NCBI GenBank assembly: GCA_024276825.1
Contig: JAJRWI010000066.1
Location: 1 to 19,147 of the forward strand
Length of the DNA: 19,147 nt
Reading direction: 5' to 3'
Source: an archaeon
GTDB lineage: Archaea > Asgardarchaeota > Thorarchaeia > Thorarchaeales > Thorarchaeaceae
Shown here: positions 1 to 8,228 of the stretch, piece after piece
Layout of the letters: each line of letters opens with the position of its first letter
Position numbering within the stretch: position 1 is the first letter of the stretch
The notes under the pieces: model-generated
What the model saw: only the letters and a program-made list of their open reading frames with translations
Told to the model about the DNA's origin: nothing
Database searches by the model: none
Translations under genes and position numbers: made by a program

Positions 1-768
1 ATACTTCTTGTAGCCTACACTTATTGCAGCGAGAGCCCCGAAGAACACCATGATGACTGATATTGAAAATGCTACAAACAAGGTCATCAACAGCCATGAA
101 TATGGAATGGTGATGAGGTTAAAGTACAGTCCACGAAAGATCAGGAATGCAGCCTCAACAATGATTAGCACGAGTAGTATTAATCCCGCTCCTAATTGTC
201 TCTCATGAATATAGACCTGCAATGATGTCTGAAGAAGGAATGCGGATAATAAATTGCCAAGAATTGAGAGAACTATGACAATATCACCCATGAAAATGAA
301 GTGTGGAAGATTTGCTGCACCCCATGGATCAAAGTACTGAAGATAAAGCATTGAAATGATAAACACGAGTTCAAAGATCATCATCAATACTGCCCCGAGT
401 CCAGTGACCCTAAGGATAACATTATCAATTCTATCAGCCCATTCCATATTTGCAAGTCTTTGATATTCCTTGTTAAGAGGCTTTGCCCACTGACTCTCAG
501 CAACACATTGTGGTCTCTTACAGTTGACAATAGTGAACAATTTCCCACCATAATCCGCAACACGATATTCGATGCACTCTTCACAAAACAGCTCACCACA
601 GACATGGCAAACTTCAACTGCAAGTCGATCTGGATGATTGACACAATTTCGATCCTGATCTGGGCCAAGGATAGGACTAGCACAATATTCGCATCGATTC
701 ACTTTGTCGCTATGAGTTATTTGGACTCTGCCCCCGCAGACAGGACAGACAATATAATTTTCTGTCAT
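1..768 (-). CDS. Membrane protein with N-terminal zinc ribbon and B-box-like zinc finger (partial, runs off left edge; absent from ORF track)
   Basis: Manual translation from ATG at 768, 3 nt after the upstream stop at 772-774: MTENYIVCPVCGG..CEYCAS..CVNHPDRLAVEVCHVCGELFCEEC..CKRPQC, then about 5 hydrophobic segments. The frame is open to base 1 (256 codons). Confidence 0.85.
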   Translation of the reverse strand, partial: MTENYIVCPVCGGRVQITHSDKVNRCEYCASPILGPDQDRNCVNHPDRLAVEVCHVCGELFCEECIEYRVADYGGKLFTIVNCKRPQCVAESQWAKPLNKEYQRLANMEWADRIDNVILRVTGLGAVLMMIFELVFIISMLYLQYFDPWGAANLPHFIFMGDIVIVLSILGNLLSAFLLQTSLQVYIHERQLGAGLILLVLIIVEAAFLIFRGLYFNLITIPYSWLLMTLFVAFSISVIMVFFGALAAISVGYKKY

Positions 769-771
769 TCT

Positions 772-2160
772 TTACTGCCTCCAATGGGTTGGCTGACTGA
801 GCTTTTTCCGCGTTGTTGGTTGTTCCCAATCTCTCTGAGTATCTCTTAGAATAGACTCCTTCTTCTTGACAGGCTTGCGGCTCTTAATACCCTTGAGCCT
901 TACTTCGTCAAGAGACACAAAATCAGTACGCCGTATGATTTTGATTGCCTCAATTGTGATTCCAACAAGTCCAGCATAGAACAGCGCTGGAATTATGACT
1001 AATGCGCCAAGAAGCATCAATATTCCAATAACAATTGGAATGGCGACAACAGCCACTACGACCATTATTAAAAATATGATGACATTATCAGAGCCTCTTC
1101 CTCTAGATGAGCGAAGCATGCCACTAGCAACTCTACCAGCAAAGCTCAAAACATGTTTCATAACACTTGCATATTTTCCAAGAAACTTTTTGTATATCGA
1201 TGCAACGCGTGAAAATCTACCTCCTGCTTGGTCAAACAAATGGTCAATAGGTATGACAAGAGATGCAGTTGTGACTGCAGGCCTATAACGTCCTTCAAAG
1301 CATGTCTGGCAGACATATACGGTTGAGCCGCTCCATCGAGGATCAACAGGTGGCTCTTGAGCTGTCAAACATCTCCTGCAAAAATGTTCACCGCATACAT
1401 CGCATGTTGTGGCTGCAAGATATTCAGGATGGTTCTTGCAGGGGATAAACACAGATCCAATTCCAAGCCTTACTCCGCAATAGTCACACACCAAAGTATT
1501 ATCCTTTTCTGCCTTGGTTAATGGAGTTGCACCACCGCAGTTGGAACAGAGTATAGCCATCCCCTCTTCAGTGGTGACCCTTCTTACTTCAAGAATTCGT
1601 TCTGTTTCTTCATCCGGAAGTGGTGTTCCGTCGGGTCCAACTAATGTTGGGGCAAGCGGACTTGGAATGAGTCCTTCCTCTATCTGTCTTGCAAGCTTTT
1701 TATCACGGATAATTTCAACACCTGGCGGGGGTACAACTTTCTTCCATCGAACACCAATATACAAGATTGTAAAGACTTCAGCTGCTAAAATCAATGCAGC
1801 TAGATTTCCAATATTGACAACAAATGTATATGTGCCCCATGGATATGTCCAAACTTCTCCCAGTCCTCTTGCATATATGAAATAGCCAGTAAGTGAGATA
1901 ACAATAATGCTGTAAATAATCTGAGCAACGACTGCATTTCTTCTCAAGTCATCAACATAATTGCCAATGACAAGACATGGAATCACTGCACCAAAGAAGA
2001 TCGCAATAGCATAAATGGGGCCATTGGCACCCGGAGAGGCTGCTCCTGAGAAGATGGCCCAGAGAAGGCCAAAGAATGCGAGAAGCCCTAGAAGGCCAAA
2101 AGAAACATGAAGCAATCCAATAAGTCTAAGACCAAAAGGTCTGTCTAGAATTGTGTCCAT
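772..2160 (-). CDS. Multi-pass membrane protein with central zinc ribbon and B-box-like zinc finger
   Basis: Long ORF. Start moved to ATG 2160 (MDTILDRP), which follows an AGGTGA SD. About 4 N-terminal TM segments, then CSNC..CDYC..CKNHPEYLAATTCDVCGEHFCRRC..CQTC, then a C-terminal hydrophobic hairpin. Confidence 0.85.
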   Translation of the reverse strand: MDTILDRPFGLRLIGLLHVSFGLLGLLAFFGLLWAIFSGAASPGANGPIYAIAIFFGAVIPCLVIGNYVDDLRRNAVVAQIIYSIIVISLTGYFIYARGLGEVWTYPWGTYTFVVNIGNLAALILAAEVFTILYIGVRWKKVVPPPGVEIIRDKKLARQIEEGLIPSPLAPTLVGPDGTPLPDEETERILEVRRVTTEEGMAILCSNCGGATPLTKAEKDNTLVCDYCGVRLGIGSVFIPCKNHPEYLAATTCDVCGEHFCRRCLTAQEPPVDPRWSGSTVYVCQTCFEGRYRPAVTTASLVIPIDHLFDQAGGRFSRVASIYKKFLGKYASVMKHVLSFAGRVASGMLRSSRGRGSDNVIIFLIMVVVAVVAIPIVIGILMLLGALVIIPALFYAGLVGITIEAIKIIRRTDFVSLDEVRLKGIKSRKPVKKKESILRDTQRDWEQPTTRKKLSQPTHWRQ

Positions 2161-2305
2161 TTGTTCACCTTGTGTCAAATATAAATCTCCTCTTAGCAAA
2201 TAGATTTCACGCAAGGATGCATGGGGCAAATTATGTTTTTAATTTTGCTTATTTAATAAAACTCTTGCAATCATTCTAGCAATGCAGGTTTTATTAAAGA
2301 ATAAG

Positions 2306-2342
2306 AATAAAAAAAGAGGATCAGGACAAAATGTGTCCTGAT
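2306..2342 (-). terminator. Hairpin plus T-tract terminator downstream of 2359..3345
   Basis: Perfect 9-bp inverted repeat atcaggaca (2320-2328) / tgtcctgat (2334-2342), followed on the minus strand by cctcTTTTTTT. Confidence 0.65.
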
Positions 2343-2358
2343 ATTGGTACTAATGCTA

Positions 2359-3345
2359 CTAGCGTTTCATCTTTACAATGACAAGAACAAGGACTATCAC
2401 ACTCAGGCCACCAGCAACTAGCATTAACTGGTTATAATCAATTATAACACCGCCATCGCCAGTGTCTGTGCCATCGGTGGCACCAGATGATGAGATACCA
2501 AGTACTGGATCATACTCTAGGGTTTCATTGCCAAAGTATTCAAATGCTAGATAGACAGACTTGCCCATTTCTTCTCCTGTGGGGCTTCCCTGAATTCCCT
2601 GAACCTGTATGTTAGTTTCTCCAGCCTTTGCCTGATTAGCGAACTCGAAATATCCTTCGCCAAACTTGAATTTATTACCTTCTTGTGCAAATACTGGTGG
2701 CTCTCGATCACCTTGCTCTGCACCATGGTCACTCATTGTTATTGTAAATTGAAATACCAGCAGAGAATCTTGGGATGTCCACTCCCAACCTGAGATGATG
2801 ATATCAAACTTCATCTCATCTGGATTTGCAGATGATATGTGCACACGAAGTTGAATTGTAACATTAAACTCACTCATCTGCGACGGCGTTGTGACAGTTG
2901 TTGTTACTGGTGTCGGGGGCGTAAAGGTTTCAGTCTTTGTGAAATTGAAATGGATCTCGGTTGTATTGAACTCTGTTTCTATAACATTGAATCCGCTGAA
3001 GTTCCAATTGCTTGATGGTAACAAGTATGGTGCACCTATTATTCGGTCTACCTCTGGATCATATGCACCATCAGCATTCGTGTCTTCAGCCTCAAACAGC
3101 TTTAGAAACATTACATGGTAGTCCTCATCTGGTGAGGTGGCATTCCACCACATGAAATGCGGCACCTGGTTCTGGGCAGTGACTTTCACGCCAATATCTT
3201 CAGTTGTTACAGTAGCCATTCCTGCAGAGTATTGATAGTTCATCATTCCTTGCCCCTGCGCTGTTGCAAAGGGGATAGATGTGATCAATACTAATGCGGC
3301 AATGACCGCTACAAAGTTAATGAATTGCTTTCTCACATTCATCAC
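2359..3345 (-). CDS. Secreted, C-terminally membrane-anchored protein (paralog of 4399..5355)
   Basis: Signal-peptide-like N-terminus, Dx[DN]xDG-like loop (DTNADGAYD), Thr/Pro-rich stretch, N-x-S/T sequons, C-terminal TM plus basic tail KMKR. Exact start uncertain (3345, 3342 or 3336). Confidence 0.85.
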   Translation of the reverse strand: MMNVRKQFINFVAVIAALVLITSIPFATAQGQGMMNYQYSAGMATVTTEDIGVKVTAQNQVPHFMWWNATSPDEDYHVMFLKLFEAEDTNADGAYDPEVDRIIGAPYLLPSSNWNFSGFNVIETEFNTTEIHFNFTKTETFTPPTPVTTTVTTPSQMSEFNVTIQLRVHISSANPDEMKFDIIISGWEWTSQDSLLVFQFTITMSDHGAEQGDREPPVFAQEGNKFKFGEGYFEFANQAKAGETNIQVQGIQGSPTGEEMGKSVYLAFEYFGNETLEYDPVLGISSSGATDGTDTGDGGVIIDYNQLMLVAGGLSVIVLVLVIVKMKR

Positions 3346-3349
3346 CTGA

Positions 3350-3382
3350 AAAATATTATATTAAATTAGTATATAATATTTT
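3350..3382. promoter_or_regulatory. 12-bp AT-rich inverted repeat over the promoter region of 2359..3345
   Basis: aaaatattatat (3350-3361) / atataatatttt (3371-3382) with a 9-nt spacer. Confidence 0.4.
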
Positions 3383-3406
3383 CATTCAACATCTATAGAA
3401 ATCTCA

Positions 3407-3460
3407 CTTCGACAACTCCCGAGCTTTGTTCGATTGCTCCAAAGAAGTAGTTCGACAATA
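3407..3460. repeat. Three helically phased TTCGA direct repeats
   Basis: TTCGA at 3408, 3429 and 3451 (spacing 21 and 22 bp). The first two units share TTCGA-N3-CTCC-N2-AG. Confidence 0.5.
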
Positions 3461-3470
3461 ATTAATCAAT

Positions 3471-4304
3471 TTAAAGTGATAATAATATGTTATTTAATAG
3501 ACCTAATAAGAAAAGGTTTGCATTTGTAATTATTAGAGTAATAATTGCTGCCCGAATCGGTTGCACATGCTTAGATCTAGCAATTGCCATCGTAAGAATC
3601 AAAGCACTCCAAGAAATGGTTAGTGTAAGAATCAAGGTCAATGGCCATCCTGTTAGTATACTGAATTCTGGAATGAAATACCACATCAATTCAACAACCA
3701 CATTTGGCAGAAACGCTAGTGGGACTGACATAAAAAGTCCCGATGTGAATCTCTTCTCGCCAAAAATTGGCATGGACAAAAGTTCGACAAATAGGTATGT
3801 CACAAACCATGCCAAAAATGTTGCAAGGATAGCACTACCCATATCATGAGGGATTTCAATGAAGAAAAGAAAGATTGGCAAAAGCCCAACCTGAGATGAT
3901 AGATACCCATAACCCCCGATGAATAGCAAGATCTCAAGCCAGAATCTCCATGGATCTGACTGGATTCGTTTCATTACGGGAGTCAGGCTGAACGCATTGA
4001 TTATAGTTCCCCTCAGATGGCCCTCTTCTTCTCGCATTTCAAATAGCCATCTCAGCTCATCATCGCCCTTCAAAATCAATCGGTACGCTGATTGTCCAAA
4101 ATCAGTGAGTATGTATCTTTTATCTTTCGTGCGACCTAATAGGGGCTCATTAGCTTTAGTCAAAATATCAAGGTGGAAATAGAGCGTTCCCGGCTCCAAG
4201 TTCAAGCTGGTCAAATCAGTATATGAAACAGAACCGTGATTGCCAATCATGAGAATTATCTTACGGCGAATGTTGTGTGAGAGTGAATTATACAAGATGT
4301 CCAT
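3471..4304 (-). CDS. ArsR-type winged-helix transcription regulator fused to a multi-pass membrane domain
   Basis: N-terminal LSHNIRRKII..SYTDL..GTLYFHLDIL..YILTDFG winged-helix pattern; C-terminal half has about 5-6 TM segments. Confidence 0.85.
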   Translation of the reverse strand: MDILYNSLSHNIRRKIILMIGNHGSVSYTDLTSLNLEPGTLYFHLDILTKANEPLLGRTKDKRYILTDFGQSAYRLILKGDDELRWLFEMREEEGHLRGTIINAFSLTPVMKRIQSDPWRFWLEILLFIGGYGYLSSQVGLLPIFLFFIEIPHDMGSAILATFLAWFVTYLFVELLSMPIFGEKRFTSGLFMSVPLAFLPNVVVELMWYFIPEFSILTGWPLTLILTLTISWSALILTMAIARSKHVQPIRAAIITLIITNANLFLLGLLNNILLSL

Positions 4305-4341
4305 AATATTATCGGAATCCAGTTCACTCAGCTCCTATTTC

Positions 4342-4355
4342 ATGATTTAAATCAT
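4342..4355. promoter_or_regulatory. 14-bp perfect palindrome in the divergent promoter
   Basis: ATGATTTAAATCAT, containing TTTAAA (TATA-like on both strands), between the divergent starts at 4304 and 4399. Confidence 0.5.
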
Positions 4356-4398
4356 AGTGATTATAAACATATATTGTAATTCCAAGGACAGTGTAATA

Positions 4399-5355
4399 AT
4401 GAGGAATTATTATCGCAAATCAATAGTGGCACTTTCTATTTTAGTTAATCTACTGTATTTCATATCACCTGCAAATGCTGTTGGAATTGAATACACATTG
4501 AATCCTCAGTCCTTAGAAATTCAAAATGGCTCTAGTATGATCAACATTACAGCAAATCAAAGTCCTCATTATCAGTTCTATGACATAACAAATGACTCCA
4601 TAGTTAATCACTTTTGGATGCTCAATGTCTTTGAATACCTCGATTTGGATAATGACGGGACATTCAGTTCACAGAATGACACTATGATTGCTCCTCTTGT
4701 TTCACTTAATAGCCTAGACTGGGCATTCAAGAATTTCATCTCTGAAAGTGATTCAGGTTTCATATCCAAGCTCGAGTTTGATATTCGGGGTGCTTCAAGA
4801 TTTAATCCTATACAGCCCAATCTTGAAGTCAGCATTCACAATGTTCTTTCTGTCGCAAAACAAAATGAATTGAACCTTACAATTAGTCTTAATGGATGGA
4901 CTTGGAAGAACGCTGACTCAAAATTCGTGCTTGCAATTGTATTGGCAAGAAGCAGTGATGATAATTCCACATCAGTTCCTGTGATCAATGAGCACAATGG
5001 AAAGATCGGATTTGCAAATGGCTATCTTGCATACAACAAGAGGGCTTCATATAACAACTTCACTTCAAATGTCAATGTGAGCATAGCAGGAGAAACAGAA
5101 CAGCATGATGGTGCTCTTGTCTATTTTTGCCTTCCAAATTATGAAGACACCACATTGAGTTACACTATCACACTTGGATTGCTTGAAGCCAACCAAGTTA
5201 ATTACACGACCGCTACATCTACAACATCCATAACATATACAACGACTACAACTTCCAGATTGATAGATTCTAATCGGCTTCTATCAGTTTCAATTGGAGC
5301 AACTGTATTAATCGGCGTAATAATTGTGCTATTCCTTAAGAACCAGGGATCTTAG
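4399..5355 (+). CDS. Secreted, C-terminally membrane-anchored protein (paralog of 2359..3345)
   Basis: Start moved to ATG 4399, giving a signal peptide MRNYYRKSIVALSIL..ANA. DLDNDG loop, many N-x-S/T sequons, Thr-rich linker, C-terminal TM. Confidence 0.85.
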   Translation: MRNYYRKSIVALSILVNLLYFISPANAVGIEYTLNPQSLEIQNGSSMINITANQSPHYQFYDITNDSIVNHFWMLNVFEYLDLDNDGTFSSQNDTMIAPLVSLNSLDWAFKNFISESDSGFISKLEFDIRGASRFNPIQPNLEVSIHNVLSVAKQNELNLTISLNGWTWKNADSKFVLAIVLARSSDDNSTSVPVINEHNGKIGFANGYLAYNKRASYNNFTSNVNVSIAGETEQHDGALVYFCLPNYEDTTLSYTITLGLLEANQVNYTTATSTTSITYTTTTTSRLIDSNRLLSVSIGATVLIGVIIVLFLKNQGS

Positions 5356-5580
5356 TAATCTATAGTTGATTTAATTTAGTAAACGAATATATTATGATAG
5401 AGAATTGAAATCGTTTTATCAAATTATTCAACAAATGAAAATACAACGCATTCAGCAAAACAATCAAGACTATATTTACAGAATTTCCAACGAAACTTAT
5501 TCATATTTTTACTTATTTCATTTCGATAGGCATTGATAGGTCTAATACCCTTATTGCTAAACCAATTATGAAAAGAGCTA

Positions 5581-5787
5581 TCAGAGCCAATATAATCTGC
5601 CGCCCTCCAATTCTGGAGGCTTGATACCCTTGAGTGCCAATTCGGCGATTTTATCACTATAGTGAATTGTTACAGGCAGCCTTGGCTGACGAGTCGATCC
5701 ATAATGTAAGAGTGTTAATGACATCATTGAGTGAAGTGCTTTTTCTATTGGAAGATTCAATCCTACTTGCACTCTGAGGGGCTGAGT
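5581..5787 (-). pseudogene. ago: C-terminal PIWI-domain fragment of a prokaryotic Argonaute (long pAgo type)
   Basis: TQPLRVQVG..LHSMMSLTLLHYGSTRQPRLPVTIHYSDKIAELALKGIKPPELEGGRLYWL* matches the pAgo C-terminus as I recall it (Aquifex Ago ..LPATVHYSDKITKLMLRGIEPIKKEGDIMYWL*). An in-frame TGA lies at 5800-5802 and there is no room for the rest of the gene before 5950. Confidence 0.85.
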
Positions 5788-5949
5788 GCATAAAAAAGTT
5801 CATGAGTTTCCAAAGCCATTTTTGAATAGTTTCAACTAATGATTTATTTTGAGGTTACTTTATAATCCAATTAACAAAATTCATATTCAGCGCATATAAT
5901 CTAAACCATAACCATAGAAAATAGTATCAAACGGAGTTATAGATCTCCA

Positions 5950-6615
5950 GTGACTGAAGATGAAGAGAATAACCAAAGGATAGATAGTCCATATTCTGGA
6001 CTGAGTTTTTTTGAGAAAATTGCTCGTCAGCTTGAACTCACAAAGGGTGTCGAGATTGCACGAAGATACCTTGCTATGAATGCCTTTGATGGGGCATTGA
6101 CCATGCTCGGTCTTCTGCTTGGTGGCCTGCTAACAATCGACCCAACCAATCCAATGGCTGGATTCAATGCAATATTGATTGCAGCCTTTGGCACAAGCCT
6201 GGCTATGGCAGTTTCTGGGTTTAGTGGGTCTTATCTGGCAGAAAGCGCGGAGCGAAATCGCGAGGTGGATGAGATAAGCCATGCCATGCTGACTGATATG
6301 AGTCATTCGATGTACGCCAAGGCCTCAAGAACTACGAGTGTTGTTGTGGCAATTGTGGATGGAGCATCGCCTGCAGTGGCCGCATTGATTATCATAATCC
6401 CATTGTGGTTTGTGCCACTGGGTTATCTCTCCTATGACTTTGCCTTTTATATTGCAATTGGCATCTGCTTTGTACTATTATTTCTGCTTGGACTCTTCTT
6501 AGGAACGGTTTCAAAGCAGAATATGTGGCGATACGGACTGAAAACACTGTTCGCAGGGTTCATCACTGCCTTGATAATGATAGTTATCTCAATGCTTACA
6601 GGCGGGGCTCATTAA
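5950..6615 (+). CDS. VIT1/CCC1 family membrane protein (TIGR00267-like)
   Basis: ARRYLAMNAFDGALTMLG and AMAVSGFSGSYLAESAER motifs; about 5 TM segments. Confidence 0.85.
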   Translation: MTEDEENNQRIDSPYSGLSFFEKIARQLELTKGVEIARRYLAMNAFDGALTMLGLLLGGLLTIDPTNPMAGFNAILIAAFGTSLAMAVSGFSGSYLAESAERNREVDEISHAMLTDMSHSMYAKASRTTSVVVAIVDGASPAVAALIIIIPLWFVPLGYLSYDFAFYIAIGICFVLLFLLGLFLGTVSKQNMWRYGLKTLFAGFITALIMIVISMLTGGAH

Positions 6616-7596
6616 ATGCTCGATTCTATCCCTCGGGAGCGATTTGCTTTTCTACCAACACCATTACATGCAATTGCCAATCTTGCCACGAATACAGGCT
6701 TGACAAGTCTGTGGATAAAGCGCGATGATCTAACTGGCATTTCAATTGGTGGAAACAAGACTCGCAAATTGGAATATATCATAGCAGAGGCAAAGGCTGA
6801 AGGCACTAATACATTGATGACTGTCGGTGCTGTTCAGAGCAATCATTGTAGACAGGTGGCTGCTGTAGCAGCAATGTCCAATATGCGATGCATCCTGCTC
6901 CTTAGCGGAGAGGAACCAATGACATATACAGGAAATCTTCTACTGGCCAAACTTTATGGTGCCGAGATCAAGTTCTTTGAAAATGACGACCTTTTCTCAT
7001 TGAATAACAGAATGGCAATCATAATGGATACTTTAACCGAACTGGGGCTCAAGCCATTTAGTATCCCTGCAGGGGGCGCAATGCCTTCTGGTGTGATCGC
7101 CTACGCAAATGCAATGTTTGAATTAAAGAAACAATGCGACAATCTTGGATTAAGGCCTAACAAAATAATAGTCGCATCTGGAACTGGCGGGACCCAGAGC
7201 GGTCTCATACTTGGTGCTCATATGCTTGGTTGGGATATAGACATTATTGGAATTGCTGTTGTAGACAACAGAGAGAGAACAGCTGAACGAATAAATGGCC
7301 TCATTGATAGGACATTTGACAGATATCCATTCCTTGATAGGTTCACTCCAAAAGTCAATGTCGATGATCGATTTCTTGGAGAGGGCTATGGAAAAATGTA
7401 TGATGGTGTCAAGGATGCAATTAAGATGTTTGCCCAAATGGAAGGGATAATTCTAGACCCGGTTTATACGGGAAAGGCAGGCTTTGCTCTGATAAAAATG
7501 GCAGTTGATAGGGAATTAGATCATAATGATAATGTGATCTTTTGGCATACAGGCGGCTTTCCTACAATCTTTACTCATTCCGAAGATATATTCTAA
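6616..7596 (+). CDS. D-cysteine desulfhydrase family PLP enzyme (ACC deaminase homolog)
   Basis: IKRDDLTG..GGNKTRKLEY (PLP Lys), QSNH, GTGGT, LDPVYTGK, FWHTGG. Confidence 0.9.
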   Translation: MLDSIPRERFAFLPTPLHAIANLATNTGLTSLWIKRDDLTGISIGGNKTRKLEYIIAEAKAEGTNTLMTVGAVQSNHCRQVAAVAAMSNMRCILLLSGEEPMTYTGNLLLAKLYGAEIKFFENDDLFSLNNRMAIIMDTLTELGLKPFSIPAGGAMPSGVIAYANAMFELKKQCDNLGLRPNKIIVASGTGGTQSGLILGAHMLGWDIDIIGIAVVDNRERTAERINGLIDRTFDRYPFLDRFTPKVNVDDRFLGEGYGKMYDGVKDAIKMFAQMEGIILDPVYTGKAGFALIKMAVDRELDHNDNVIFWHTGGFPTIFTHSEDIF

Positions 7597-7659
7597 TAAT
7601 GTAAATAAAATCCAATCATTGAGTATTTTATTAATCAAAAAGAATTATGAATTGTGAGG

Positions 7660-8219
7660 ATGTCGCCTAATGAATGGAGAGAAAGAATCTCAGAGACCTT
7701 TGACATGTGGTTAGTATCCGCAAAGAAAGAAAAGATCACTATTGTATTAAAGGAGCATTACAAGAATGACCTTGAAATTCTCACCAACTGCGAAAATGCT
7801 GGGCTCATTCCAAGGATTATTGGTTCCCTATGAACTGGTAGGATATTGATGCTGCGGGCCTTTACTCTGAAGAGCAAATGAAACCTCCATTGGCTGAATG
7901 GAGATGAGGGAGCCTGACCAAGTCATTTGACTGGATCATACAATCCTGCTCTGGTCTTAAATAAGAGGTTCAAGCTATCTTGGGCCAGAGAAGAAGTGCT
8001 CATTATCAATTCTGACATTAATCTATTGGATATTAAAGAGCGCAAAATTATAGCGGTCAGACGATAATAATTTGTATTAAAATAATATTCATTGTTCCAG
8101 AATTAGATTACAACAAGGGGTATGCTGAAATAATTGTTCATGCAGGGCATGCTATAATAATTCAAATTAGTCCGATTGATGAGTTACCTGAATGGCTGCT
8201 CAGAAATAAAAATTACTAA
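7660..8219 (+). pseudogene. Probable decayed gene of unknown function
   Basis: 57-codon ORF at 7660-7833, followed by protein-like segments in shifting frames (DIDAAGLYSEEQMKPPLAEWR*, GSYNPALVLNKRFKLSWAREEVLII.., IFIVPELDYNKGYAEIIVHAGH..PEWLLRNKNY*). Confidence 0.4.
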
Positions 8220-8228
8220 TGGCTGTTT

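Noticed and set aside
384-849. ORF-track ORFs 384..683 (-) and 460..849 (+)
   Set aside because: Shadows of the real minus-strand zinc-finger membrane gene at 1..768.
5424-5657. 77-aa minus-strand ORF overlapping the Ago fragment
   Set aside because: Alternate frame running into AT-rich spacer with no recognisable motif; the Ago frame has its own natural C-terminus.
6616-7596. ACC deaminase call
   Set aside because: Has DPVYT and HTGG instead of the DPVYE and HLGG residues diagnostic for true ACC deaminases.
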